Shown here piece by piece: positions 1 to 11,350 of a DNA stretch of 64,000 bases; position 1 is the stretch's first letter, and the number at the start of each line of letters is the position of its first letter. The notes beneath the pieces are model-generated. The model was not told the DNA's origin, did not search any database, and saw only the letters and a list, made by a program, of their open reading frames with translations. A program made the position numbers and the translations under genes. This stretch comes from Calditrichia bacterium. GTDB taxonomy: Bacteria > Calditrichota > Calditrichia > JAJRVZ01. Where the stretch lies: the NCBI GenBank assembly GCA_963796965.1, contig CAWCNS010000004.1, forward strand, positions 544,001 through 608,000, read 5' to 3'.

Positions 1-1478
1 CCGTACTTTCGGATGGTCGCGTGTTGGCGAGATTTAAGGATAATGATCACGATGCTATGGATGGAACATATACGGAGAAGGGGTTCTACGAGGCGGAATG
101 GGGATATTTGCTGGATAGCCAACCCGATTATGTAATGGTGGTGGCAGAGCAGTTTCATAACACCGGCGACTTGAACTGGGTAAGGGGACAGAAGGAAACA
201 TGCGAAGCGGCCTTGGAGTACCTGCTGAAACGTGATAGTGATGGAGATGGGCTATTAGAGATGATTAATCAGTCTCATGAAGATAAGCAGGGTAGTGATT
301 GGATAGATATCGTCTGGGCTGCTCATGAAAATGCGTTAGTAAATGCAGAAATGTATGGGGCGATGATCCTATGGGCTGAGGTGGAAGATATTCTGGGAGA
401 TCAATTCAGGGCGGATCGCTATCGAAATGCAGCGGCAAAACTAAAGGAGAGCTTCAATAAAGATATAAATGATGGTGGCTTTTGGAATCCAGAAGAGAAA
501 TGGTATGTGTATTGGCGTGATATAGATGAATCGGTTCATGGGGACAACCTGGTGATTCCTGTAAATTTTAGTGCGATAGGGTATGGGTTGTGTGATGATG
601 AGGTACGTCGGTCTGAGTTGTTAGATGTACTGGAAGCGGCAATGCTTGGGGAAGACTTATTTTCCTGGCCATTATGCATATATTCTTACGAAAAGGAAGA
701 AGTCAGAGTCCCTCACAACTATCCATTTCCAAAATACGAAAATGGTGATATTTTCTTATCCTGGGTTGAACTTGGAACCCGATCATATGCTGAATACGAT
801 CCAGCTATTGCTATGAAATATATTGGCAATATCATCGAGCAGTATAACAAGGACAATTTAGCCCATCAGCGTTACGCGCGGATATCCCAGAGTGGTTTGG
901 GTAGTGATATTCTTGCTGGGAATGGCATGGTTGCTGTGGGTTTGTATCGTAATATATTCGGCATACAACCGCAGTACAATCGGCTGTATCTTGAACCGCA
1001 TTTGACGGAAGCATTAAACAACACGATGGTGCGATACAACTTGCGGGGCACTGACTACCGTATTGTTTTGAAAACCGATCAATACCAAATATTGGCCAAC
1101 AATTTTACTATAAACGCCAGCCGGGCCTTCGGTATGAACGCCAATAATACGCGGTTGGAATACTATGAGGGCAAAAGCAGTACACCCCGCTTGAGCTTTG
1201 AAAGAGCCGTGATGAGCGACTTGCATGTTGGCATTTTTAAAGAGAGTGATGACGGCCTGCCGGTTTGGACTCTTCAAAGTGAAAAACCTCTTATTTTGAC
1301 GCAAATCGTTTACGGCCTGGCATCTGGTGTGAAATATTGCTTGCACGTAGGATCTGAGGTTCTTGAAGAAAAAGTTGCTGATGCAAAGGGGAGTGTATCT
1401 TTTCCGTTAAATCTGGCACCTGGACTCGAAAAACATATCAGGTTGGTGGCTGTCGGCTTAGATAAGAGACAGGAATAG
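1..1478 (+). CDS. 5'-partial (alpha/alpha)6-barrel glycoside hydrolase (GH116/GH63/GH78-like), C-terminal part
   Basis: Frame is open from base 3 (VLSDGRVLARF...). Motifs YLLKRDSDGDGLLE, SDWIDIV, LVNAEMYGA, FWNPEEKWYVYWRD, YENGDIF and GIQP...LYLEP are typical of inverting six-hairpin GHs. Confidence 0.65.
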   Translation, partial: VLSDGRVLARFKDNDHDAMDGTYTEKGFYEAEWGYLLDSQPDYVMVVAEQFHNTGDLNWVRGQKETCEAALEYLLKRDSDGDGLLEMINQSHEDKQGSDWIDIVWAAHENALVNAEMYGAMILWAEVEDILGDQFRADRYRNAAAKLKESFNKDINDGGFWNPEEKWYVYWRDIDESVHGDNLVIPVNFSAIGYGLCDDEVRRSELLDVLEAAMLGEDLFSWPLCIYSYEKEEVRVPHNYPFPKYENGDIFLSWVELGTRSYAEYDPAIAMKYIGNIIEQYNKDNLAHQRYARISQSGLGSDILAGNGMVAVGLYRNIFGIQPQYNRLYLEPHLTEALNNTMVRYNLRGTDYRIVLKTDQYQILANNFTINASRAFGMNANNTRLEYYEGKSSTPRLSFERAVMSDLHVGIFKESDDGLPVWTLQSEKPLILTQIVYGLASGVKYCLHVGSEVLEEKVADAKGSVSFPLNLAPGLEKHIRLVAVGLDKRQE

Positions 1479-1587
1479 GTCCTTTATAAATTACTCAAAA
1501 TCAGTTATGATATGATTTAGTTGTGGATGAAGCATAATAATTACCCATCAGAATTAACCGACGATAAAGCTGACAGGCAGAAATGGT

Positions 1588-3768
1588 ATGAATAAAAAAC
1601 ATGCTTTTGTATTGAGCAAGACCTTATTATCCCTGATATTGTTATTGGTTTTTCTAAATGGATGTGAACCATTTTCTAAACAACCGGTAGATTATGTGGA
1701 TCCTAATATAGGCACCATTGGCCATCTCCTGAGAGCCACGTCTCCCCTGGTTTATCTACCGCATAGCTCCATTCGCTTGGCACCATACACAACGCCCGGT
1801 ATCCGGGATCGATATCTCGCAGATAAAATATATGGTTTTCCTGTTGGTCTATCTTCTATAATGGCAACTACAGGTACTCTGACCATTGATGCAGAGAAGA
1901 ATGCTTCGAACTTTGACCATGATCTTGAAATAGTAACGCCGTATTACCATGCTGTGCTGCTTGAAGACTACGATATTGAGGTTGATTATTCGGTCACTGA
2001 ACACGCTGCTTTTTACCGGTTCATGTTTTCTGAAACTTCGCCTGCTAATATTTTGCTGCGTCTTCGCCGGGATGCGCATATTCAGATTCTTGGTAATAAC
2101 GTGATCGAGGGTTATGAAACTGCCTATAGAAGAGGTGTTGCAGGGAAGAAACTTTACTTTCATTGTGAGTTGAGTAAACCAATCGCATCATTTGGCACAT
2201 GGCGTGGCAAAAACATAACTCAGGGCGTAAAAGAACAGACAGGTGACAGCATAGGTGTGTTTGTAACTTTTCCAGTATCAGATGGCGAGCAAATCGATTT
2301 GAAAGTTGCATTCTCAGATCAAAGTGTTGAAGAAGCAGGTCAGTTTCTTGAGGATGAGATCTCATCCTTCAATTTTGAACAGGTTAAGAATCGGGCGAGG
2401 GATGTTTGGAATGAGGCTTTGAGTAAAATTAAAGTAACTGGTGGCAGCGAAAGAGAACGTACAATATTTTATACAGCCCTGTATCGTACTATGGGAAGAA
2501 AAGGGAATGTCTGGGACACTTATCGAAGTGCGTATCCACTTCAGACAATTATTGAACCTGAAACAAATCTGGAAGTCATACGTGGATTTGTACGAGAATA
2601 TAAAAAAACAGGTTGGATACCAAGCTCAGGAGCGATGATTGGCCATCATTCCACAGCAGTGATTTTGGATGCTTATATGAAAGGGATACGGGATTTCGAC
2701 ATTGAGAAGGCCTATGAAGGAACGAAGAAAAATGCCATGGAAGCAACCATGATACCCTGGCGCGACAGGGGGCCAATCACTGAACTTGAAAAGACCTATT
2801 TCGAAAAAGGATTCTTCCCTGCTTTGCCACTAGGAGAAGATGAATGGGTACCCCAGGTGCACAGTTTTGAAAGACGGCAATCGGTTGCTGTGACGCTTGA
2901 ACATTGTTATGATGATTGGTGTCTGGCAGAAATGGCCAAAGCCCTAGGTAAAAAGAATGATTATGAATATTTCAAGCAGCGTGCCCATAATTATCAGAAT
3001 CTTTATGATGTCCGTATAGGCTTTATGGCGCCAAAAACAGCAGATGGAAAATGGATTGAGCCGTTTGATCCAAAATTATCAGGAGGACAGGGTGGCCGGG
3101 CTTATTTTGCCGAGTGCAATTCATGGACGTATACCTGGCATGTACAACACGATGTACAAGGTTTGATTAATCTGATGGGGGGGAGAGAGCAATTTGTTGA
3201 TAGATTAGATGCCCTTTTTGTTGAGCAATATGATATGTTAAAGTTCCTATTTTTAAACCAGTTCCCAGATGCGACGGGATTGATTGGTCAATATGCTCAA
3301 GGAAATGAACCTAGCTTTCACATTCCATATTTATATAATTATGCCGGAACACCTTGGAAGACCCAACGTCGTGTACGCGAGATAATGAAAGTATGGTATG
3401 ATGATGATCCGTTGGGGATATGTGGCGATGAAGATGGGGGAGCAATGTCTGCCTGGTATGTTTTTAGTGCCATGGGATTCTATCCGGTTTGTCCCGGTCG
3501 TCCTCTCTATGATATTGGAAGTCCGATATTTGAGAAAGTCACCATTAATGTTGCTGATGGCAAAACCTTCATCATTGAGGCGAAGGATGTATCTTCAAAG
3601 AATAAATATATTCAATCGGCCACTTTGAACGGTGAGACATTGAACAAACCGTGGTTTGAACATAGCACAATTGTAAATGGAGGAAAACTGATCCTGAAAA
3701 TGGGAGACAGACCGAATAAGGAGTGGGGCAACGCACCTGAGGCCGCTCCACCATCTATGTCCTTTTAA
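1588..3768 (+). CDS. GH92 alpha-mannosidase family lipoprotein
   Basis: Lipobox LNGC. Motifs PVDYVDPNIGT, FYTALYR, WDTYRS, MIGHHS, TLEHCYDDWC, ECNSWTYTW, QYAQGNEPSFHIPYLY and GDEDGGAMSAWYVFSAMGFYP. Confidence 0.93.
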   Translation: MNKKHAFVLSKTLLSLILLLVFLNGCEPFSKQPVDYVDPNIGTIGHLLRATSPLVYLPHSSIRLAPYTTPGIRDRYLADKIYGFPVGLSSIMATTGTLTIDAEKNASNFDHDLEIVTPYYHAVLLEDYDIEVDYSVTEHAAFYRFMFSETSPANILLRLRRDAHIQILGNNVIEGYETAYRRGVAGKKLYFHCELSKPIASFGTWRGKNITQGVKEQTGDSIGVFVTFPVSDGEQIDLKVAFSDQSVEEAGQFLEDEISSFNFEQVKNRARDVWNEALSKIKVTGGSERERTIFYTALYRTMGRKGNVWDTYRSAYPLQTIIEPETNLEVIRGFVREYKKTGWIPSSGAMIGHHSTAVILDAYMKGIRDFDIEKAYEGTKKNAMEATMIPWRDRGPITELEKTYFEKGFFPALPLGEDEWVPQVHSFERRQSVAVTLEHCYDDWCLAEMAKALGKKNDYEYFKQRAHNYQNLYDVRIGFMAPKTADGKWIEPFDPKLSGGQGGRAYFAECNSWTYTWHVQHDVQGLINLMGGREQFVDRLDALFVEQYDMLKFLFLNQFPDATGLIGQYAQGNEPSFHIPYLYNYAGTPWKTQRRVREIMKVWYDDDPLGICGDEDGGAMSAWYVFSAMGFYPVCPGRPLYDIGSPIFEKVTINVADGKTFIIEAKDVSSKNKYIQSATLNGETLNKPWFEHSTIVNGGKLILKMGDRPNKEWGNAPEAAPPSMSF

Positions 3769-3849
3769 CTGAAAGTCGAGCGAGGGTTGAAATTTATAAA
3801 CAAGGTATGCTTCAACGGTAAAATATTATAATTACTAAAGGAGGGTAAA

Positions 3850-5190
3850 GTGAGATATCAAGTAGTTTTGCTTAGGATAGTCTTCCTGACAGGCCTGTCC
3901 TTTTTTCTGGCAAATTGTAATGATCCTCAGACAGAAGAAATCAACCCGATTTTGATTAATGGAGAGCCGAGGTTTATCATCGGAAACTATCATAATCCTC
4001 AGGATCCAGATGAATTAAAGAGATATGCGGAAAATGGGTTTAATCTTGTACGTTGTGCACCTGATGTGGCCGATCTGGATATGGTCAAAGAGGCAGGCCT
4101 TTATGCCTGGTTGAATACCGGTAGTCTGATTGATTTTTCAACGGATCAGGCTACACGTAAAGAAAAACTGACGGATCTGGTCAACGGTTTCAAAGATCAT
4201 CCGGCTTTAGCAATATGGGAAGTTCCCGACGAAGCGCTATGGAACCTGGCATACCCTGTACTTGATCGATTGTTTTATGCTCCACAATGGTCAGAGGAGC
4301 AACAAGACAGTATCCTGCAGATTCTAGCTAATACAATACCGAAAACAGCTGAAGGGATTTCTGAAGGAAGTATCTATTTGAGGCATCTCGATCCTCTGCA
4401 CCCCGTCTGGATGAACCATGCCCCACGAAATACACCTGATCAACTGCGTCTCTTTTCAAAATCAGCAGATATTGTCGGGTGTGATATTTATCCGGAAAAA
4501 GAAGGAGTGACCGGGCATAGTGATATCAGAGATCACAGTCTGTCAGCTGTCGGCGGGTATACGGATATCATGCAAAATTCAGCACCGGGCAAGCCAATTT
4601 GGATGGTTTTGCAGGCTTTTTCGTGGGAATTATTAAAGGATCCGATTCCGGAGCAATTAAATCCTCAGTTGTTCCCCTCCTATAAAGATTCTCGTTTTAT
4701 GGCCTGGGATGCTATCTTACATGGAGCAAAGGGGATTCTATATTGGGGATCATATAAAGTGAGTACCAAATCACTTTTTTGGGAATCTATATTGGGCGTG
4801 ACCAAAGAGATTTCTGCTCTCGAATCTTTTTTAACCGGAAAAGAATTAAAAGACAGGATAAAAGTGGCGCCTATCCAATTTACTTCTTCCGTACCAACGC
4901 GCGTTGCCTCTACACTCAGAAAATTTAAAGAGGACTATCTATTAGTGGTCATGCAGGAAGATTTGAGACAACCAATCTCTGTTTCAGAATTAGACTTTCT
5001 GGAAGGAAAGAGGCTTTATGAATTGACCACCGATCGGAATTATTTGGTGAAGAATGGAAAGATCAGAGTTTGGTTTGGGAAAGAACCACATGTATTATGT
5101 ACATCACGCAAGTATGATGTCGTGCATGAGTCGCAGTTCGCACTCGAGTGGGATAATAAAGATAATTTCCCCTTAAATGAGAAAAGATAA
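3850..5190 (+). CDS. Uncharacterised TIM-barrel glycoside-hydrolase-like lipoprotein (paralog of 22398..23696)
   Basis: RBS GGAGG, lipobox LANC. Motifs GFNLVR, HPALAIWEVPDE, PVWMNHAP, DIVGCDIYP, WMVLQAFSW and HGAKGILYWG. Confidence 0.6.
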   Translation: MRYQVVLLRIVFLTGLSFFLANCNDPQTEEINPILINGEPRFIIGNYHNPQDPDELKRYAENGFNLVRCAPDVADLDMVKEAGLYAWLNTGSLIDFSTDQATRKEKLTDLVNGFKDHPALAIWEVPDEALWNLAYPVLDRLFYAPQWSEEQQDSILQILANTIPKTAEGISEGSIYLRHLDPLHPVWMNHAPRNTPDQLRLFSKSADIVGCDIYPEKEGVTGHSDIRDHSLSAVGGYTDIMQNSAPGKPIWMVLQAFSWELLKDPIPEQLNPQLFPSYKDSRFMAWDAILHGAKGILYWGSYKVSTKSLFWESILGVTKEISALESFLTGKELKDRIKVAPIQFTSSVPTRVASTLRKFKEDYLLVVMQEDLRQPISVSELDFLEGKRLYELTTDRNYLVKNGKIRVWFGKEPHVLCTSRKYDVVHESQFALEWDNKDNFPLNEKR

Positions 5191-5257
5191 AATTATTGAG
5201 TCGTCCATTTCGGGCAGGGGCAGGCCATCGAGATGAATTAGCCAGGGTAGGATAAAA

Positions 5258-8200
5258 ATGAAAAACAATTATAAAACACTTTTTTTTCTTTTAGCATTAT
5301 CCTGTTTTACAGCCATTTTTGTAACAATCGGTGCTGCAGAACCATTAATCATCAAAAATTTGCGTTGTGAGTATCTTGAAAATCCCTTGGGTATCGATGT
5401 GCTTAATCCCCGTTTAAGTTGGATTATTGCATCCGATGAACGCGGTCAAATGCAGAAAGCTTATCAGGTTCTGGTTGCGTCCACTGAGGAATATCTTGCT
5501 AACGGTAGGGGTGATTTATGGGATTCAGGAAAGATTGATTCGGATCAATCCGTACATGTAGTTTATAAAGGCAAAAAACTTACATCGCAGACGTACTGTT
5601 TTTGGAAAGTACGTATCTGGGATAAAGACAACAACGTTTCATCATGGAGTAATCCGGCAACTTGGAGTATGGGCCTGTTAGAACCCTCGGATTGGACAGG
5701 GAAATGGATAGGTCTGGACACGCCCGGGATAAGCCAACATAATGATTTTCAATTTTCGAAATGGATATGGTTCCCCGGGGGCGACCCAGCTGAAAAAACC
5801 TCCCCCGGAACCTGCTATTTTCGAAGAACGGTTGTTATTCCGCAACATAAAAAAATCATAAATGCGGGTTACCTGATCACAGCGGATAACAGATTTGTAC
5901 TATACGTAAACGGGAAGATGGTTGCCAAGGGAGATAACGCTTCAAAAGGATACAATGTCAACGTGGCCAATCAACTGCATGTTGGAGATAATATTATAGC
6001 TGTAGCCGCCACCAACAGGGGACCAGAAGATAATTCTGCAGGATTGATCGGTGTATTACGGATCGAATTTCAAAAGGGAGATTCGCTTTTAGTGCCAATG
6101 GACATACACTGGCGGACCTTCGATAAAGAAATTTCCGGCTGGAAAAACCATGAATTCAACGATAATAAATGGGTAGAAGCACAGGAAATCGGAGACTGTG
6201 GTATTGGACCATGGGGCGATATATCCATAACCGATGTTCGTACGCGTCTACCTGCACGTTTGTTACGCCGTGATTTGAATATAAAAAAAACAGTCAAGCG
6301 CGCAACAGCCTATATTTGTGGATTAGGATTTTTCGATCTCTATCTGAATGGGAAAAAAGTTGGTGATCATATCATGGATCCTGGTTTAACCGAGTACAAC
6401 CAGAACGCTCTTTATGTGACTTTTGATATAACAGAACATCTATCCCAGAGCGAAAACACGATCAGTGTTATTCTGGGAAATGGGCGATTCTTTGCCCCCA
6501 GAACGTCCGCCCATCTCGACACACGCACCTACGGATTCCCTAAACTGCTTTTTCAAATGCACATCGCGTATGAGGACGGAACAGTTGAGGATGTGGTCAG
6601 CGACGAAAGTTGGAGTCTCACTACGGAGGGCCCAATTCGGTCAAACAATGAATATGATGGTGAAGAATATGATGCCCGTATGGAGCAGGAGGGCTGGGAC
6701 AGGCCTGGATTTGATTCGTCCGAATGGCAAAGGGCCCAATTGGTTGAGGCACCCAGAGGATTTTTACAGGCGCAAAAAATTGAACCAATGCGGATAACAC
6801 AGACGATTCGACCTGAGCGCATTACCAATCCAAAACCGGGCATATACCTGGTTGATATGGGGCAGGTGTTTTATGGTTCGGTTCGATTAACAGTCAACGG
6901 TCCGGCTGGGACACAAGTTCAAATACGTTCCGCTTATAGTTTAAAACCGGACGGTACTTTAAAAACTGAGGACAACCGTGGTGCACAGTGTACCGATCTT
7001 TATATCCTTAATGGTAAGGGTGAAGAAACCTGGCAGCCAAGATTCAAAGGACAGGGATTTCGGTTTATGGAAATAACAGGCTTTCCCGGAAAACCAACGG
7101 TGGATAATTTTGAAGGCCTTGTCATTCACACAGACATGGATAGCGTTGGTAGTTTCATCTGCTCAAATTCTCTGCTAAATCAACTTTACAGCAATGTGCG
7201 CTGGGGACAACGCATGTACCGACGCAGTGTACCCCTCGATCCTGATAGAGATGAAAGACAGGGATGGTTGGGCGATCCTGCTAAAGATGCAGAAAGCGAT
7301 GCCTATAATTTTAATGTCGCACTTTTTTATACCAAATGGCTGCAAGATATCCGTTTGGCCCAGCGTGAAAATGGCGAACTTCCGGATGTTGCACCGCCGT
7401 ATTATCCCTTTTATAGCGAAAGCATTGTTTGGCCCAGCGTCATAACCATCATTCCCGATTGGTTTTATAATTTTTATGGCGATAAGCAGATTTTAATCGA
7501 CAACTATGATAGCATGAAAAAGTGGATTCTTTATACTGTGAATCTTCATCAAAAACCGGACTTTACGATGGATAATAATCATTACGGCGACTGGTGCGAT
7601 GTCTCAACAATGGATCAGGGAACAAAAGAACCGTTTGGAGCCACTTCAAGGCCGCTCATTTCAACAGCTTATTTATATAATAATGCTAAGATTTTAGCAA
7701 GAACAGCTGAGGATTTTAGGGAGAGCAAAAGACGAATCTCATTTTGCTGATCTTGCAGAAAAAATAAAAGTTGGTTTCAATACGCGTTTTTTCAATACAC
7801 AGACCAATACCTACGAAAGCAGCACCCAGTGTTCTTATGTGCTGCCCTTGGTGTTTGGGCTGGTACCACAAGAAAAGCGGGATTTGGTCGTTAAGAACCT
7901 GGTCGAGGATATTATGGTCAGGCAAAACGGCCACCTCTCTGTTGGCCTGATCGGTATGCAATGGTTGATGCAGACGCTTACAGATATAGGCCATCCGGAA
8001 GTCGCTTACACAATTGCTACTCAGACCACCCGGCCCAGTTGGGGCTATATGATTTCAAAAGGAGCGACAACGATCTGGGAACGATGGGATACCGATACCC
8101 GAGATCCCGGTATGAACAGCGAAGCCCTGTTGATGCTGGCAGGTAATCTGGAAGCCTGGTTTTACCAGACGTTGGCCGGCATCAATTATGATCCCAAGCA

Positions 8201-8522
8201 GCCGGGTTTTAAACATATTATTCTGCGGCCACAACCGGTTGGTGATTTGACATTTGTCAAATCTTCTTTCAAATCGTTATACGGCACAATTATAAGTGAG
8301 TGGAAAATTGACCGGGAGTCATTCATCTGGAATTTTACTATTCCGGCAAATACAACTGCGACGATTTACATCCCTACGGAAGATGCAAAAAGCGTCCGCG
8401 AAAGCGGGCAGGCGGCGGCAGAATCAAAGGAAATTAAATTTCTGCGTATGGAAGACGGTGCGGCCGTTTATAAGGTAGGTTCTGGGGAATATGTGTTTGT
8501 ATCGGTTGTAAAAGCCCTTTGA
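5258..8522 (+). CDS. GH78 alpha-L-rhamnosidase, split by an apparent +1 frameshift at ~7712
   Basis: Motifs LRCEYLENPLGID, LWDSGKI, DMGQVFYG, DRDERQGWLGD, YGDW, SWGYMISKGATTIWERW. ORFs 5258..7750 and 7839..8522 join as RTAE/ILGRAKDESHFADLAEKIK when one G is removed. Confidence 0.9.
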
Positions 8523-8550
8523 GGGTCGGGAAACTGGTAATAATCGGTAG

Positions 8551-8934
8551 TGTCATCCCGATAAATCGGAATATGAAAAAATGAAAAAAAGAATAAACCA
8601 TCCCGTATCACTTAGCTCCGCCAGCCTTTACGGGACAGGCAGAACCCTCAGAGAAATACTCTGAGTTATTTAGAATAATAGAAAACCAGAAGAAGTGATA
8701 GAAAAATGATTTAATTGCTTTATAAATAAAATTTCAATGGTGTTTATGATATCCAACTGTAGATTTATCTATTGTTTGAGGATCAGTAAGTTAAAATCGT
8801 ATTAAATAATATTGTTGAATTCATGGAATCGGAATACATAATGAAATATAATTTAGGGATTACAGAGAAGGAGAAGGAATTTGATTCATTTAAGTCAATA
8901 ATTATTAAATATTTACTCTGTGTTCTCTGGGGTT
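8551..8934. repeat. Composite intergenic palindromic element
   Basis: Hairpins atcccgataaatcggaat (8555-8572), tcccgta..tacggga (8601-8635) and ctcagag-aaata-ctctgag (8647-8665), then an AT-rich spacer, then a periodic right arm actctgtgttctctggggtt (8915-8934). Confidence 0.55.
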
Positions 8935-8971
8935 ATTTTTTACATAGCCTAATAATCGAAGCGGAGAACAA

Positions 8972-11081
8972 ATGAAGGCGCAAAAATTAAAGATAATGCT
9001 CTGTACTGTCTTGTTAATACTAATCGGCTTTGAGACTTTGGTTTTTGCTCTTGAAAATATAGTATTGGAACCTTCGAAAATAAAAGAATCACTTGCCGGT
9101 GAAAAGAAGATTATTGACCTGATCAACAAAGCAGGCAATGCAGATGCTGACGAAACGCGTCTGGAATTTTTATTAGAACTGAGTAAGATGCCTGATTTGG
9201 AAGAACAGCTGAGATGCTGATGTCAAACGCTTGATTATCGAAATCAAGCGATGGTTGTATGATAAATCATTGACTTACTTTGAACAGTCGATATTTAAAA
9301 CCAATGACTATGATTTTGGCATTCAGGAAACTTCTCCGCTTTATCCCATAACAAAAATATACCATGCGCGAATGATTTTCTGGGTAACACTGGAACATGG
9401 CAGGTTCTGGAGTTTCCCCAAAATACGCCGGGAACGTTTGGATATGGTTCGCAATATCATGGAAAAAGTGAAAGAAGATTTTCCGGAAAACCGGCTCATT
9501 CGTATGTACCTTGGTGAACCCATGCCGCCTGGCAAGCAATATGAATCGACGGAGGCGGCCCCTGAATGGGCTGTATATCAGCGGGAAGGTATTGAACGAT
9601 TGGCGGACATTATCGAATGGTGGATTGACCATCGTCAGCAAACAAACGGCGCGTATGGCGGTGGTTGGGATGACGATTGTGAAATGTGGCGTTGGTGGGT
9701 TCCCGTACTCATTGTATTTGATGACCCGAAAATAAGCAGAGCACAATCTGTCTTATCGCATGGGCTCTTGAGTCTGGAAAAAATGCAGTCGGGCTATACA
9801 GATCACGTTTCCGATGTTGAACACACCGCTGAGCCCTCTGCTGACGTTCTTACACCAATGATGCATATTGATCCTGAAAATGAATTATGGAACCGAAAGG
9901 CACTTCGCCTGGGAGAATTGATGCAATCCTATTGGTCCGGCATAAATGAACGTGGCTATCTGCAATTTAAAAGCACCTATTTTAGCGTCGATAGTATTTC
10001 ACCCGATCGGAAAAAAGCGTGTGATACGGTATATCATCCCCGGACCGTCCAACCAACGCTCCTCTATTGGCAACGAACAGCTGATAAACAATTGAAAAAA
10101 CTTTTTACCGCCTGGATGGACACCTGGGTAGAAGCTGCTGCTCGCGCTGAAAGGGGCAAACCTGCCGGTATTATTCCCAGTGCCATTCATTGGCCCGATG
10201 GCGAGATAGGCGGTTTGGGTGAAAACTGGTGGAATCCTGAAAACCACAGTCCTGAAAGTAAATTATATGTATGGCCCAGCGCCATGTCCATGATGTTGAA
10301 TACTTTACTGTTGACTAACCATATGACGCAGGATCCCAAATATCTGGAACCAATCTGGTCAATGGCAAAAATCAGACTCGCCTATCTTCAAAATCCGCCA
10401 AAACAGCCACCTGCCCCGGGAAGCAAAGCTTGGTGTGGTTCACAGTTAGGTGGTCTCTCATCAATTATTGCTAAGTATATGTTGATAGGTGGTACTACTA
10501 AATTTGATCATTTAATTAAAACAGGTGCTACCCCATATACTGCCTTCCGTTTTACTGGTAATCGTGAGCCTCTCGTATCAGCCCTTCATGACAATGCCGA
10601 AGCGCTGCGGATAAATTTTGCAGGCTACACCAGTGAGGTTCGCTACACCGACAGGGTATTGCGTTTTCCGGCGGTTTTTCGCAACAATGGTATATATCCA
10701 GAGGGTATTCCCACAATTCATCAACCGAATACAAACTTGCTTTATGCAACCTTAACAGGCGATCCGGGAGATGCGGGATATTTTCCCATAAATGCGGTGC
10801 GTTGGATAACTCCGCCGCGTGATATTGCTGCATTAGTGACTGAGACAGGTAAAGATCGGTTTCGGGCGGAGCTTTTTCATTTTGGTGAAAAATCGCGGGA
10901 CATATCCGCTTTATTCTATTTGCTTGCTCCAGGAGAGTATAATTTCAAACTTTTTAGCACAGGAACAAATACAAAAGTACACACTATGAAACGGATTGTT
11001 GTTTCGGATACAAAAATACCCATAACTTTTCAACTGCCGGCAAAGACACTCTGTATTTTGGAGATTCGTCGGGATTCTTAA
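8972..11081 (+). CDS. Secreted hypothetical protein, predicted alpha-helical toroid (possible GH or lyase); apparent +1 frameshift at ~9215
   Basis: RBS GGAG and a signal peptide. ORFs 8972..9220 and 9231..11081 join as EQLR/ADVKRLIIEIKRW. Acidic/Trp motifs GGGWDDDCEMWRWW and DVEHTAEP. Confidence 0.65.
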
Positions 11082-11091
11082 AGGGAATCGT

Positions 11092-11268
11092 CAACATAGC
11101 AAGATGCTATTGTAGCCTAAAACTTTGTTGTTTCCGTCTGGCGGATTGTATAGAGAGATTAGTTAAATTTGAATCTAATTGAGAAAATGTTTTCGTAGAT
11201 CAGATAAATAATCTTTTATAATATATTTTTAAATTCCTCATAGGAGTCCTTGGGACCCTCGAAGGGAA
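11092..11268. repeat. Cluster of short degenerate intergenic hairpins
   Basis: atagca-aga-tgctat (~11096-11110), tccgtctggcgga (11133-11145), and ttcctcataggagtccttgggac (~11234-11256), which resembles 62274-62295. Confidence 0.35.
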
Positions 11269-11350
11269 CAGCCGTGGACTGCGGTATGATATATACACGT
11301 TTATAAAAAGTAAAATTTTTTACTGTATGAATTTAAATTCAGGGAGTAAT

